A stretch of DNA of 64,000 nucleotides from Patescibacteria group bacterium (GTDB lineage Bacteria; Patescibacteriota; Microgenomatia; Levybacterales; UBA12049): NCBI GenBank assembly GCA_038064195.1, contig JBBTTO010000002.1, positions 76,981 through 140,980 on the forward strand, read 5' to 3'. The notes under the pieces were generated by a model. It saw only the letters and a list, made by a program, of their open reading frames with translations, made no database searches and was not told the DNA's origin. Shown one piece after another: positions 49,940 through 59,312 of this stretch. A program made the translations under genes and the position numbers. Every line of letters starts with the position of its first letter. Positions within the stretch are counted from its first letter, which is position 1.

Positions 49940-52900
49940 ATGAATGAACGTTTGACTTCGGAGGCTGCTACCACGTATGCTAAAGATGGAGAATTGTTTA
50001 TGGCCTCAGAAAACACCAAAGACCAAGAGAATCAGCCCTGGGATCCAATCGAGACTCCTTTAACTATAGCTAACGTCATGGATATCCCGGTTAAGACGAG
50101 AGAACAGCTTGAGGCAAAAGCTGCCTGGAGTCAGTTATATGGCGGGAAGATGCCAAATGATCCTACCGAGCGGCAGATGCTAGGGGATTCGATTCGAGAT
50201 GGGAAGCTCCCTGATGCCTCAATGCGCTCGGCAGGCAGACAGGACTCCGCAACCCAGCGTGAGCGCGAGGCACGTCAAAATACTGATCGGGATCCACAAC
50301 GAGTCCAAGAAGGGAAAAGAACAAAAAGCAATAGAAAAGAGCAACTGCACCGCCCTGAGGATGACGGCCCACAAATTACTCGGGATATGACCGAGGAGCA
50401 ACAACAGGCCGAAATTGCCCGTTGGCAAGCCAGCATGGACACTCTACTGAGGCAGGAGATGGCCAATCCCAACAAAGATAGGACATATTTTGAAGTTATG
50501 GGGGATCGGTTCAACCAGCGAAAAAGTTGGTCAGAGGACCCAAGTACGGCAGATTCGCTTGAGCGGGAGTTCCAAGCGCAAAACAAACGGTTCAGTGATC
50601 GAGAGGCAGCAATTGAGTTCCTTGTGAAGCAAGGCTTTCGCCGAGAGGAAATTACTGATGAGCAGGTGGATTTGGCTATCGACCAAATCCAGGAATCCCT
50701 CACTATCCCCAGCAGAATGGAGAGGATAAAGGAGCAGATTCTCAAAACGGATGACCTGAAAGTAGCCCGTAATCTGTTTGAGAGGCTGCGTAACTATGTG
50801 CGAGAGATCAATGATAGTAGTCAGGCGCCCGGTAGTAAGCTCCAGCTTAAAGATCAAACACGGACAACGTTGCAAAAAATAGCCAATCTTGGAGAAAGCG
50901 ATCTTGATACCCTCGAAAAAGTTAGGGCGCAGACGCAACGTATTCTGGCTGATGATCCGAAAGCAGGCTTAAATATCAAAAATTTCTTCTTTGAGGCTGA
51001 GACGGTTGATACAAAGAGGCGTGGTAGTAGAGGGGTACAAATCCGCTCGCTTGAGGAATTAGTCGAACTCATCGCTGAGTCCCAGGGAGGCAAGTTCTCT
51101 GCGGGCGGGGAATTTGAGATCATGAATGAGCGGGGCGAGATCCAGCTGCAGAATCTCGTTGCCTGGATTCGTCAAAGGATTTTAACCCTCCATGAAAATG
51201 AGCCAGATGATCCGATCAACACCTTTACCAATATCGCAGTTCCAACTTTTTTCCGTCAAATTAGTCTTAATGAAATGTTTTTGACACCAACCTACTTCCA
51301 GAAGAGAAAAATGGTAATTGAAGGTTCAGAAGAAAAGGGCAACCTTTCTATGCGTCAGGAAAGTGTTGATGATCAGCAGTATGAGAATTTTAAGATGAAC
51401 CTTCTCTATGAGTCATGGCTTTTTGGTGTCTCGCATAGTAATAATGCTGAGTATCGAGCAGTACGTGGGCAGGAAGAGCCTCTTTTTAACAAAATCGCCT
51501 CGCTCTATACCAAAAATCATTTCACCAAAGATCGCAATCGTTTCTTAAATATCTTCAGCCTTGCTAAAGTTGATAAAAGTGAATTTGATGCTGTAGGTAA
51601 AAAAGAAGAACAGGGGAGTGTTGGTAAGGCGATACAGAGAGGAGTCTTGGCTTACTATCACCTGTGGGAGTTAGTAGCTGAGAATAAAGTCAAAAGAGGT
51701 AGAGATGGTAAGCCTCAGAAAGGCAAGGATGGTAAGCCTATTTATGATCTAAGTCAAGGTGATATCACCAAAATAGAAAATAACAATTTCTATTCTACCT
51801 TGGGAGAGGATGGGACGAAGTATTTCTATCATTCAATTGTAGATCAACTCTTAACAGCCAAAGGCAAAATTGAGCTTGACTTTAAAGAGGCTTTAGGCGC
51901 TCTTGCAAGTGATCTGACACGTGGCGAGAGTGAGAAAGATCTCACGGATCTAGAGCTAGTCTTTAAGCATAAGAGAGATAAGTTCGATGCATTTATGACA
52001 ACACAGTTGGATATGAAGCCTGAGGATATAGCTAAATATGAGAGTAGCCCACGTGATTTCGCTACAGTTGTGATGGACAAAGTTTGGGCAATCAAACATA
52101 AAGACTTAAATATCTTTGATGATGTCAATAAGGAGCAGCGGATTATTAGCTTAGTCAATCATGCTGTTTCCTCAGCTATTGGAAGAAAAGAGGGGCTAGG
52201 TGTTCAGGACACAGAATACGCCGGAGAGTGGGCCTATACGATGCGAGACTGGACAGGGATAGCAGCACGTAATGATACCAGTGGTATTGGCTTTGATGCC
52301 TGGTCTAAGCTTATCAATTTCCAAGATTACAGAGGTCGTCAGGGGCGAGGAAGAAGTGGGGCTGGCAATATGTACAATTTTCCTGGATTTAAGCGTTTGG
52401 GGGCAACACTGCTTGATGGGTTGTTGGTACGTATTGATGGGGACGAGCGGAAAGATGAGAACAAGAAGTCTCTGATTAGCGTTTTGGAAGAATCCAATCG
52501 TAACAATACCAGGCTGAAGACTTTTGATTTTGATGGTGAGGCGATGAGACAGTTCTCGGCCAATCATATTAACAATGCCTTTAAAGTCTTTCAATTTATT
52601 CTTGAGAAGATGGAGACCAAGATGAACTCAATTGTCTCAATTGATAGAGCAGGAAGACCGGTCTTCAATCATGAAGCAGCTTTGCAGATCATGGATGGTC
52701 TTTGGCATGACCTCAGATACGCTTTTGATCAGCCCCGCTTTAATTTTGACACCACGGTTATTGAAGGCTGGGAAAATAGAACTGTCTATGATGCTAAAGG
52801 GAAGCCTGTTTTTGATGATGAGGGGAAGCTAGTCATGGAGCGTGTCAAGACCAATCAGTCGATGCGCCATCATATGTTCGGCGATGAAATGATAGAGCTG

Positions 52901-53299
52901 GGGCATAAAATGCATCATCGTGATATTACGAAGAATGCTTGGGGAAGGCAAATGGGGCGTTCGGCTTTTGCCTATTTGGTTGCTAAGGAAATATTTGCCC
53001 ATCGTCAATTTAATAGTGGGTATGTGAAATGGCCGGTTGAGCAGATAGAGTTGATTCAAGCTTTCTTCCACCATCAAGCATTAGAATTTGGTCAAAAAGG
53101 TGAACAGGATTATGATATGAAGATCTTTGCGGAGTTTTTCGATCATCATGAGTGGAAAGAGATTCTAGGTTTGGCTAAGTCGAGCTATCTGAGGATGTAT
53201 ACCGGAGAATATGCTGCGCAAGGAGCGGGTCTGGTTGGGGGAATGATAGGCAAGACAATTGGTGAGACTATCAAGCAGGTTGCAACGGTAGCTAAGTAG
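49940..53299 (+). CDS. Giant (1119 aa) hypothetical soluble protein with no P-loop and no recognisable catalytic motif; candidate T4SS-associated or effector protein
   Basis: A long uninterrupted ORF with coding-like composition, convergent on the VirB6-like gene. Confidence 0.45.
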   Translation: MNERLTSEAATTYAKDGELFMASENTKDQENQPWDPIETPLTIANVMDIPVKTREQLEAKAAWSQLYGGKMPNDPTERQMLGDSIRDGKLPDASMRSAGRQDSATQREREARQNTDRDPQRVQEGKRTKSNRKEQLHRPEDDGPQITRDMTEEQQQAEIARWQASMDTLLRQEMANPNKDRTYFEVMGDRFNQRKSWSEDPSTADSLEREFQAQNKRFSDREAAIEFLVKQGFRREEITDEQVDLAIDQIQESLTIPSRMERIKEQILKTDDLKVARNLFERLRNYVREINDSSQAPGSKLQLKDQTRTTLQKIANLGESDLDTLEKVRAQTQRILADDPKAGLNIKNFFFEAETVDTKRRGSRGVQIRSLEELVELIAESQGGKFSAGGEFEIMNERGEIQLQNLVAWIRQRILTLHENEPDDPINTFTNIAVPTFFRQISLNEMFLTPTYFQKRKMVIEGSEEKGNLSMRQESVDDQQYENFKMNLLYESWLFGVSHSNNAEYRAVRGQEEPLFNKIASLYTKNHFTKDRNRFLNIFSLAKVDKSEFDAVGKKEEQGSVGKAIQRGVLAYYHLWELVAENKVKRGRDGKPQKGKDGKPIYDLSQGDITKIENNNFYSTLGEDGTKYFYHSIVDQLLTAKGKIELDFKEALGALASDLTRGESEKDLTDLELVFKHKRDKFDAFMTTQLDMKPEDIAKYESSPRDFATVVMDKVWAIKHKDLNIFDDVNKEQRIISLVNHAVSSAIGRKEGLGVQDTEYAGEWAYTMRDWTGIAARNDTSGIGFDAWSKLINFQDYRGRQGRGRSGAGNMYNFPGFKRLGATLLDGLLVRIDGDERKDENKKSLISVLEESNRNNTRLKTFDFDGEAMRQFSANHINNAFKVFQFILEKMETKMNSIVSIDRAGRPVFNHEAALQIMDGLWHDLRYAFDQPRFNFDTTVIEGWENRTVYDAKGKPVFDDEGKLVMERVKTNQSMRHHMFGDEMIELGHKMHHRDITKNAWGRQMGRSAFAYLVAKEIFAHRQFNSGYVKWPVEQIELIQAFFHHQALEFGQKGEQDYDMKIFAEFFDHHEWKEILGLAKSSYLRMYTGEYAAQGAGLVGGMIGKTIGETIKQVATVAK

Positions 53300-53303
53300 T
53301 TAG

Positions 53304-55388
53304 TTAATGGCCTGCTACTGGTTTGACCTCATTCGGACTAAATGATCCAACAATTGGTTTAATAATTCTCCTTCTAAATCCCCCGCCATCATTAACTCCA
53401 CCGATTAAGAATTTACGAGCAAAACCGATACTTTGATTCGGGCCTTGAGGTCTAAAGGCACGCCCAAGCCCCCAACGGGTAGGCCCGCTGGCTAGTTGTT
53501 TGCCGGCCAAAAATCCGCCAGCGATAACGCCACCGACAGGGCCCGGCTTGGCATTAAAGGCTGCACGTACCCAGTTGAGCACCTCAGGAGTGATGAGGAT
53601 GAGGCCAAAAGCAACCAATAACCCGAAGTTATCAAAGGTATTGGTATTGACTATAAGTGGAGGGAGAAAGCTTGTCCCCTGGGGGTTATTAGAAGCAGTA
53701 TTGCTGGCCATAATCCGTGCCAGAACGAAGACAAAGATAGTTGCCGGGAAGACCATCAGATGTGCCAGCAGTGCTCGTATCCACCTCGAAAAGCTATATG
53801 GACTGCCCGGGAAAAGGCCGATCACTATCATCAGCGGACCAATAACTGTGTAGATAACGACATATACCAGCGCTCTTAAGAGGTTAAACCAGACCTTCAA
53901 AAGTGCAATAAATATCGCGGCGAGGATTATGAGGATTGTAAAGACAGTTGCTACCCATTTGATAGTAGACTGTAGAATATTCTTTGCGCAGTTAGCATAA
54001 TTCCAGAATCTGAGAGTAAAACCAGGGCAGTCAGATGTATCAAGTCCTAATGCTCCTGTTATCGTACGGGCAATAACATCCCCAAGCGTACTTGCTACAC
54101 TCGTTGATAGCCCTACGATACCATCGTGGTCTGTGATACCTCCCCCCCAGGACAGAGCCCCATTTAGGAAGACTAGGGGATTACTATTTAAGTGTAGTGT
54201 AAGTTGCTGGCGCAAAGAGTTATTGTCGCTATACTGATCAATGATTGAGGATAGCGATACACCAGAAGTAGAATACTTAACAAAGTCTGCATAAAGATGA
54301 TCTGCGATAGCTTCATCCGCTACCTTTTGACTGTCAACTAATTGGGCGAGAGAATTGTCAGAGATTGCCAAAAAGATCTCCCTGAGCGATCCACTACAGT
54401 TGGGGATATTTTTACAGATTGCTATTTTGGTAATGTCAAGTTTATTCTTACATTCAGGTATATTGTTACATCCAGTTTCATAGTCATCGACATCCTTAAG
54501 AGTTGCCTGAGATGCTGCAGTGAAACGACCCAAGTCGGCACCTTTGTATTGTGTTAAGATAGCATCCTCTTTGGCTTTCACATCTCCTACATTCCCAGCG
54601 CTTATGCCATCTCGATATTCATAAAGGATAAGATCATTTTTAAGATCACTAGGAGCAGTTTTATCTGTCGTAAAAGTATTAATAACGACATAGCTAAAAA
54701 ACCACATCGTGTCGATGAGGAAGCCGACTATAGCGTAGGAAAAAGTGATCATGATGACCGCCACGACGATTTTTGGAATTTGATTTTGGATGCTCATGAC
54801 AGTGCGCGGATCGATATGCACTCGTATCATGATGGCAAAGCCGATAACGACAAAAAGAATAGTCAGCAGAAGGTAGGCGAGGTTACGCATGATCAGCCAG
54901 GTAGACTGGAGTGATGACAGACCTTTAAAGCCTTGATTGTCAGGATTATCTTGGGCATAGATGTGCTGTCCTATCCCAAAGTTCTGAGCCAGATATCTGA
55001 CTGATTCGCTAGTCGAAGCAGGCTTAGTGTAAAGTGAGCCGATCATCGTACTCGTCGTCCCGAGTATCCCGCCGATTTGCGGGAGTCCGTTTTGTTGAGG
55101 GGCGTAGGTGAGTTTGTGATTGATCGGATCGAGGACGACACAGCCTTTTTGCGGATCTACAGGATCAATTCCGACTAACTGGCAAATAATTGCTGAGCTG
55201 ATATCAATGAGTAGGGACTGTGCCCGGGTGTGGTCGTCAGTCGCTAAGGGTGTAGTAGGGGGGGCGGGGCTGTAAGCATCTGATTGGGCATGACTAAGGG
55301 AGGTGGACTGAATAGTGAGGCCAGTAACGACAAGTACTAGAAGGAAAAAACGAACAATATAATAACTAAAGCGTCGGGGCAGAGACAT
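53304..55388 (-). CDS. Polytopic membrane protein with a signal peptide and large periplasmic loops; possible VirB6/TrbL-like T4SS channel component
   Basis: A signal peptide, at least 8 TM helices in clusters and a Gly-rich C-terminus are present. It lies within the T4SS-like locus. Confidence 0.35.
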   Translation of the reverse strand: MSLPRRFSYYIVRFFLLVLVVTGLTIQSTSLSHAQSDAYSPAPPTTPLATDDHTRAQSLLIDISSAIICQLVGIDPVDPQKGCVVLDPINHKLTYAPQQNGLPQIGGILGTTSTMIGSLYTKPASTSESVRYLAQNFGIGQHIYAQDNPDNQGFKGLSSLQSTWLIMRNLAYLLLTILFVVIGFAIMIRVHIDPRTVMSIQNQIPKIVVAVIMITFSYAIVGFLIDTMWFFSYVVINTFTTDKTAPSDLKNDLILYEYRDGISAGNVGDVKAKEDAILTQYKGADLGRFTAASQATLKDVDDYETGCNNIPECKNKLDITKIAICKNIPNCSGSLREIFLAISDNSLAQLVDSQKVADEAIADHLYADFVKYSTSGVSLSSIIDQYSDNNSLRQQLTLHLNSNPLVFLNGALSWGGGITDHDGIVGLSTSVASTLGDVIARTITGALGLDTSDCPGFTLRFWNYANCAKNILQSTIKWVATVFTILIILAAIFIALLKVWFNLLRALVYVVIYTVIGPLMIVIGLFPGSPYSFSRWIRALLAHLMVFPATIFVFVLARIMASNTASNNPQGTSFLPPLIVNTNTFDNFGLLVAFGLILITPEVLNWVRAAFNAKPGPVGGVIAGGFLAGKQLASGPTRWGLGRAFRPQGPNQSIGFARKFLIGGVNDGGGFRRRIIKPIVGSFSPNEVKPVAGH

Positions 55389-55500
55389 AGTCTTAGTGTG
55401 CGTGATTTGAGGTTTTCTGTCAAGTTAGGCGGAACATAAGAAATTTTAACAAATTTCAACGTTCCAGCCACGTTTAAATTTCTAGCGAAATTTATTACGT

Positions 55501-55590
55501 GGCGGAGAGAGCGAGATTCGAACTCGCGGAGGGCGTGAACCCTCAGATGTTTTCAAGACATCCGCACTAGACCACTATGCGACCTCTCCG
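55501..55590 (-). tRNA. tRNA-Ser (anticodon UGA), class II with long variable arm, CCA encoded
   Basis: Hand-folded: acceptor ggagagg/cctctcc, anticodon loop cuUGAaa, variable arm tgagggttcacgccctccg, T-loop gttcgaatc. Confidence 0.8.
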
Positions 55591-55759
55591 AGCAAAGCGA
55601 GGAGAGGGAGTACTCTTGAGTACGACCTCACCTCTATTATTTCTTAAATCCAGTAGTTACTTCTAAGGAGCTTCCTTAGGCTCAAAGTATACCAGATCAG
55701 AGGTGCTCCAACAACATTTTCAGCTTGACCATTATCGTTTACTCGGTTAGAGTATAACT

Positions 55760-56344
55760 ATGGATCACAACGAAGAACTGCTTTTACCCGCTCCGCATGA
55801 AGAACTACTTCCGGCACACGCAGGCAATACGTCACAGTATGCTCTCAAAACACTGATTTCATGGTCAGCTCCGGGGAGACCTTTTCAGAAACGTAATAAA
55901 GAATATTTTTTTAACATTCTTATTATTATGCTGTTGGTTGAGGTAATTCTTTTCCTCTTTTCCCAATATATTCTGATGGTTTTAGTTCTTTCACTTGTTT
56001 TTTTAACCTATGCCTTAAATACGGTTGCTCCGCATGACTTCCAATATAAAGTAACATCTGAAGGAATTCAGGTCGAGGATCATTTTTTTCTGTGGCAGGA
56101 ACTCTATGACTTTTATCTAAAAAAACAAGGCGGAGTAGATGTTGTCGTGATCGGAACGAAGATGTGGTACCCAGGCGAGCTGATATTGGTGCTTGGTGAG
56201 CTCCATCCCGAACAAATCAGAGATGTTCTTATCCAGTTCCTGCCATATAGAGAGTATGTAAAGCCGACTTTCATGGACAAATCCGCACATTGGATGGAAA
56301 AAAACTTCCCTCTAGATCGGTCTTCTAATTCATCAACGAAGTAA
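55760..56344 (+). CDS. Hypothetical membrane protein (2 TM helices)
   Basis: The ORF is 194 aa with two central hydrophobic helices. Confidence 0.4.
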   Translation: MDHNEELLLPAPHEELLPAHAGNTSQYALKTLISWSAPGRPFQKRNKEYFFNILIIMLLVEVILFLFSQYILMVLVLSLVFLTYALNTVAPHDFQYKVTSEGIQVEDHFFLWQELYDFYLKKQGGVDVVVIGTKMWYPGELILVLGELHPEQIRDVLIQFLPYREYVKPTFMDKSAHWMEKNFPLDRSSNSSTK

Positions 56345-56395
56345 GTTTTATTTGCTTCAGATTCGTATATTAGGTACAATACGCATACTCTTTTT

Positions 56396-56469
56396 GCTCT
56401 CGTAGCTCAGCTGGATAGAGCGCAACGTTGCGGACGTTGAGGTCGGAAGTTCGAATCTTCTCGAGAGTA
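56396..56469 (+). tRNA. tRNA-Arg (anticodon GCG by hand-fold)
   Basis: Acceptor gctctcg/cgagagt (G1-U72 wobble), D-arm gctcagctggatagagc, anticodon stem caacg/cgttg with loop ttGCGga, T-loop ttcgaat. Confidence 0.65.
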
Positions 56470-56474
56470 CTTGA

Positions 56475-56559
56475 GGAAGGGTAGCCAAGCGGTTTACGGC
56501 ACCGCTTTCGAAAAGCGGCGTGAGTCACATCACCGCGAGTTCGAATCTCGCCCCTTCCG
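56475..56559 (+). tRNA. tRNA-Ser (anticodon CGA), long variable arm
   Basis: Acceptor ggaaggg/cccttcc, anticodon loop ttCGAaa, variable arm cgtgagtcacatcaccgcg, T-loop gttcgaatc. Confidence 0.75.
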
Positions 56560-56640
56560 CAATGTCGGAAGATTCAGCATAAGCTGCAATTTGGGCGAGA
56601 TGAGAAGCGACACTACGGAGTAGTTAGTCCTCTTGTAGGA

Positions 56641-56657
56641 AATCTCGCCCCTTCCGC
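56641..56657 (+). repeat. 17-bp direct repeat of the tRNA-Ser(CGA) 3' end (aatctcgccccttccgc), 80 bp downstream of the intact copy
   Basis: Exact match to 56544-56560. Its reverse complement, ggcgagat, lies nearby at 56594-56601, giving a hairpin potential. Confidence 0.6.
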
Positions 56658-56662
56658 CAAGG

Positions 56663-56734
56663 GCCTCCGTAGTCTAATGGATAAAACAGGGGCTTCCGGA
56701 GCCTCAGCTGTGGGTCCGATTCCCGCCGGAGGCA
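56663..56734 (+). tRNA. tRNA-Arg (anticodon CCG by hand-fold)
   Basis: Acceptor gcctccg/cggaggc, anticodon stem ggggc/gcctc (one G-U) with loop ttCCGga, T-arm gtggg-tccgatt-cccgc. Confidence 0.6.
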
Positions 56735-56763
56735 CCGTGTCAAACGCGGCTTTAGCAAGATTT

Positions 56764-57192
56764 ATGAAATTAGAATTCTCAGCCGGCGGTATCGTCGTAA
56801 AAAAAGAAGGCAATAAAATTTCTGTGCTGATCTGTCAGCACTCACGTTATAATCACTTAGGCTTTCCCAAAGGTCATATCGGGGATAAGATTAAAGGTGA
56901 GACAAAGGAGCAAGCGGCAGTTAGAGAGGTAAAAGAAGAAACAGGCGCTGAAGCAGTAATTCTTAAAGAGCTGAAGCCCATCACCTATTTTTATACGTTT
57001 GAAGGAGAAAAGCGCAAAAAAACAGTCTATTTTTTCTTAATGAAATATAGAGGCGGGGATATCACGAAGCATGATTTTGAGACGGAGAAAGTAGAATGGA
57101 TTCCCGCCCCCGATGTGGTAAAGGTTATTACCTATAAAGATGAAAAAGAAGCTTTTATTGAGTCACAAAAGTATTTTGAGATATTAATTTAA
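56764..57192 (+). CDS. NUDIX hydrolase
   Basis: The Nudix box GFPKGHIGDKIKGETKEQAAVREVKEETG fits the Gx5Ex7REUxEExGU pattern. The start is set at the internal M because the longer ORF would overlap the upstream tRNA. Confidence 0.7.
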   Translation: MKLEFSAGGIVVKKEGNKISVLICQHSRYNHLGFPKGHIGDKIKGETKEQAAVREVKEETGAEAVILKELKPITYFYTFEGEKRKKTVYFFLMKYRGGDITKHDFETEKVEWIPAPDVVKVITYKDEKEAFIESQKYFEILI

Positions 57193-57199
57193 TAATTAA

Positions 57200-57255
57200 G
57201 GAGGAGTCGTCCACTAAAGGGACTATCCACCATTTTGAATTTATTTAACAATCAA
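57200..57255 (+). repeat. Conserved ~56-bp tRNA-Ser leader containing a partial copy of the tRNA 5' end (ggaggagtcg) plus tccactaaagggactatcc; second copy at 59257-59312
   Basis: ggaggagtcgtccactaaagggactatcc is identical at both loci. It is followed by AT-rich tttaacaat and then the real tRNA start ggaggagtcg. Confidence 0.55.
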
Positions 57256-57339
57256 GGAGGAGTCGGATAGTGGTCCATTCCACGCGCTTGGAAAGCGCGC
57301 GGGCGTAAGCCCACGTGGGTTCAAATCCCACCTCCTCCG
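57256..57339 (+). tRNA. tRNA-Ser (anticodon GGA)
   Basis: Acceptor ggaggag/ctcctcc, anticodon stem cgcgc/gcgcg with loop ttGGAaa, variable arm cgggcgtaagccc, T-loop gttcaaatc. Confidence 0.75.
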
Positions 57340-57342
57340 CAT

Positions 57343-59136
57343 CTAGCCTTGACTGGCGCGAAGCGCGTTGAGGATCACGGCTACATCAATTGCTTCCTGA
57401 AGTCCGGCACCCAGGAGTGGGGGGATGAGGCCAAAGGCAGCAAGGATCATCCCGACTATACTTATACCAATTCCCCACAAGATACTTTGTAGCGCGATAC
57501 GGATAGTTCTCTTAGCGATCGTAAATGTCTCTGAAGCTAGCGCGAAATTACCTCCAAGCAGGACAATATCCGCCGCTTCAGATGCGGCTGTTTGCTCCTC
57601 GTCACTAAAGACCATGCCCACATCAGCTAAGGCCAGTGCCGGAGCGTCATTAATCCCGTCTCCGATCATAGCAATAACTCTTTTTTCTTTTCTCAGATCC
57701 TGAATACCCTGCTGCTTATCCTCAGGCTTCATCTCGGCTTGTACATGTACACTCGTCCCTAACTGCTTGGTGATTGCCTCAGCGGCAGTTTTTTTATCTC
57801 CGGTGAAGATATAAAGTTGATAGCCAAGTTTTTTCAGTCGGGATATGATCGGCCTGGAGTCGCTTTTTAAAACGTCTGTGAAGGTGAGAACAGCCACCTG
57901 CTTACTCCCTGCTCGAAGCTCGACCTGCATGCCCTGGGCCTCACTCTCATTGAGTTTTTGAATATGATAAATAGTATTTTCGATCTTACCCCGTATCCCT
58001 TTACCCAGTTCTTCTTTGACATCCCGGACATGAAGGAGGGGGACTTTTTGCTCAGTTGCTCTTTGGATAATTGCTTTAGCTAAGGGATGAAGGGAGTTGC
58101 GTTCAATGGCGAGGGCTATAGCTAAAATCTTTTGCTGAGTATAATTTTTGTCCTTGATAGTAATTGTTGTCAGTTGGGGTTGTCCCAGAGTAATCGTTCC
58201 GGTTTTATCAAAAACAATAGTATTGACGCGTTGCAGACTCTCAAGGACTGCCAGCTTTTTGATAATAATTCGCTTTTTGGCCGCGGCATTAACTCCTCCC
58301 AAAAGAGCGATAGGCGTTGCGATAATAAGCGGACAGGGTGTGGCAATGACGAGGACTGCGAGTGCTCCATGCAGGCCGCCTAAGTGAAAGTAGGCGAAAG
58401 TGGCAATAATCGTCGTTATGATCGTAAAAAAAGTACTATACCTATCGGCCAGGCGTACCAGGGGTGCTTTCTCAACTTGTGCATCCTGGACCATCTTGAT
58501 AATTTTGTGATACGTTGAATCAGCTTCAGCTTTCGTTACTTTAATAATGATGGGTTCGCCGATATTGATCGTGCCACTTCTGATCAGATCACCTTTGACT
58601 TTTTCGATAAAATAAGGCTCACCTGTGAGTGAGGATTCATCAGTATTGCCTCTCTCCGAGACGAGTTCTCCGTCAAGGGGGATAACTTCACCTTTACGAA
58701 TAAAGATTTCCTGACCAACTGTTACTTTACTGAGCTTAACTTTCTCCCCAGGGGTATTATTTTGCCAGAGTATCACGTCTTGGGGGATTCGGTCTATGAG
58801 GCTCGTCAGGGATTTTTTGGCTTGTTTGGCTCCGTATGCTTCAAGGGTGACACCGCTTGAGATCATAAGGGCAATAATTGAGGCTACTAAATACTCACCG
58901 GTGATGACTGAGACAATGACGGCTAATATGGCAATATAGTCAAGCGCGAACTGCTTTTTTAAAAGGCTGGATATGGTTTCAAGGAAAAGTGAATAACTGC
59001 CGATAGTAATCGCGATCAAAATAACGACGATCGCGGGGAGTTGAAGATGGAGGAGCGAGAGTGCTCCATAGATAATAATCCCCAGCAATACCAATAGCGG
59101 GATGAGAAAGTTAGTATAGATTGTTTTTAGATTCAC
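57343..59136 (-). CDS. P-type cation-transporting ATPase (P1B-like, no N-terminal metal-binding domain)
   Basis: DKTGTIT phosphorylation site, GDGINDAPAL, TGEP actuator motif and TPCPL in a TM helix are all present. Confidence 0.85.
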   Translation of the reverse strand: MNLKTIYTNFLIPLLVLLGIIIYGALSLLHLQLPAIVVILIAITIGSYSLFLETISSLLKKQFALDYIAILAVIVSVITGEYLVASIIALMISSGVTLEAYGAKQAKKSLTSLIDRIPQDVILWQNNTPGEKVKLSKVTVGQEIFIRKGEVIPLDGELVSERGNTDESSLTGEPYFIEKVKGDLIRSGTINIGEPIIIKVTKAEADSTYHKIIKMVQDAQVEKAPLVRLADRYSTFFTIITTIIATFAYFHLGGLHGALAVLVIATPCPLIIATPIALLGGVNAAAKKRIIIKKLAVLESLQRVNTIVFDKTGTITLGQPQLTTITIKDKNYTQQKILAIALAIERNSLHPLAKAIIQRATEQKVPLLHVRDVKEELGKGIRGKIENTIYHIQKLNESEAQGMQVELRAGSKQVAVLTFTDVLKSDSRPIISRLKKLGYQLYIFTGDKKTAAEAITKQLGTSVHVQAEMKPEDKQQGIQDLRKEKRVIAMIGDGINDAPALALADVGMVFSDEEQTAASEAADIVLLGGNFALASETFTIAKRTIRIALQSILWGIGISIVGMILAAFGLIPPLLGAGLQEAIDVAVILNALRASQG

Positions 59137-59256
59137 TAGCTCAGTATAGCAAGAAAGCTAAGGATCAGAGTTGATCAAGATCACAAGGGAATATTGATAA
59201 GTACTCAGAGCAAGTATGGCTTAGGTATGTTCTAGATGGTATAATTAACCACTCTT

Positions 59257-59312
59257 GGAGGAGTCGTCCACTAAAGGGACTATCCGCTATTTTTAATTAA
59301 TTTAACAATTTA
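59257..59312 (+). repeat. Second copy of the tRNA-Ser leader repeat
   Basis: See 57200-57255. Confidence 0.55.

Noticed and set aside
50163-51123. Multiple antisense ORFs inside the 1119-aa gene
   Set aside because: They overlap the long, continuous sense ORF, which has better coding character.
33407-55590. Integrative conjugative element or genomic island inserted next to tRNA-Ser(UGA)
   Set aside because: No integrase, relaxase, VirD4 coupling protein or flanking direct repeat of the tRNA 3' end was found. The gene content looks like a chromosomally fixed minimal T4SS-like apparatus.
56677-56763. N-terminal extension of the NUDIX ORF
   Set aside because: It would overlap tRNA-Arg(CCG) (56663-56734) on the same strand, and the internal M at 56764 precedes the conserved fold.
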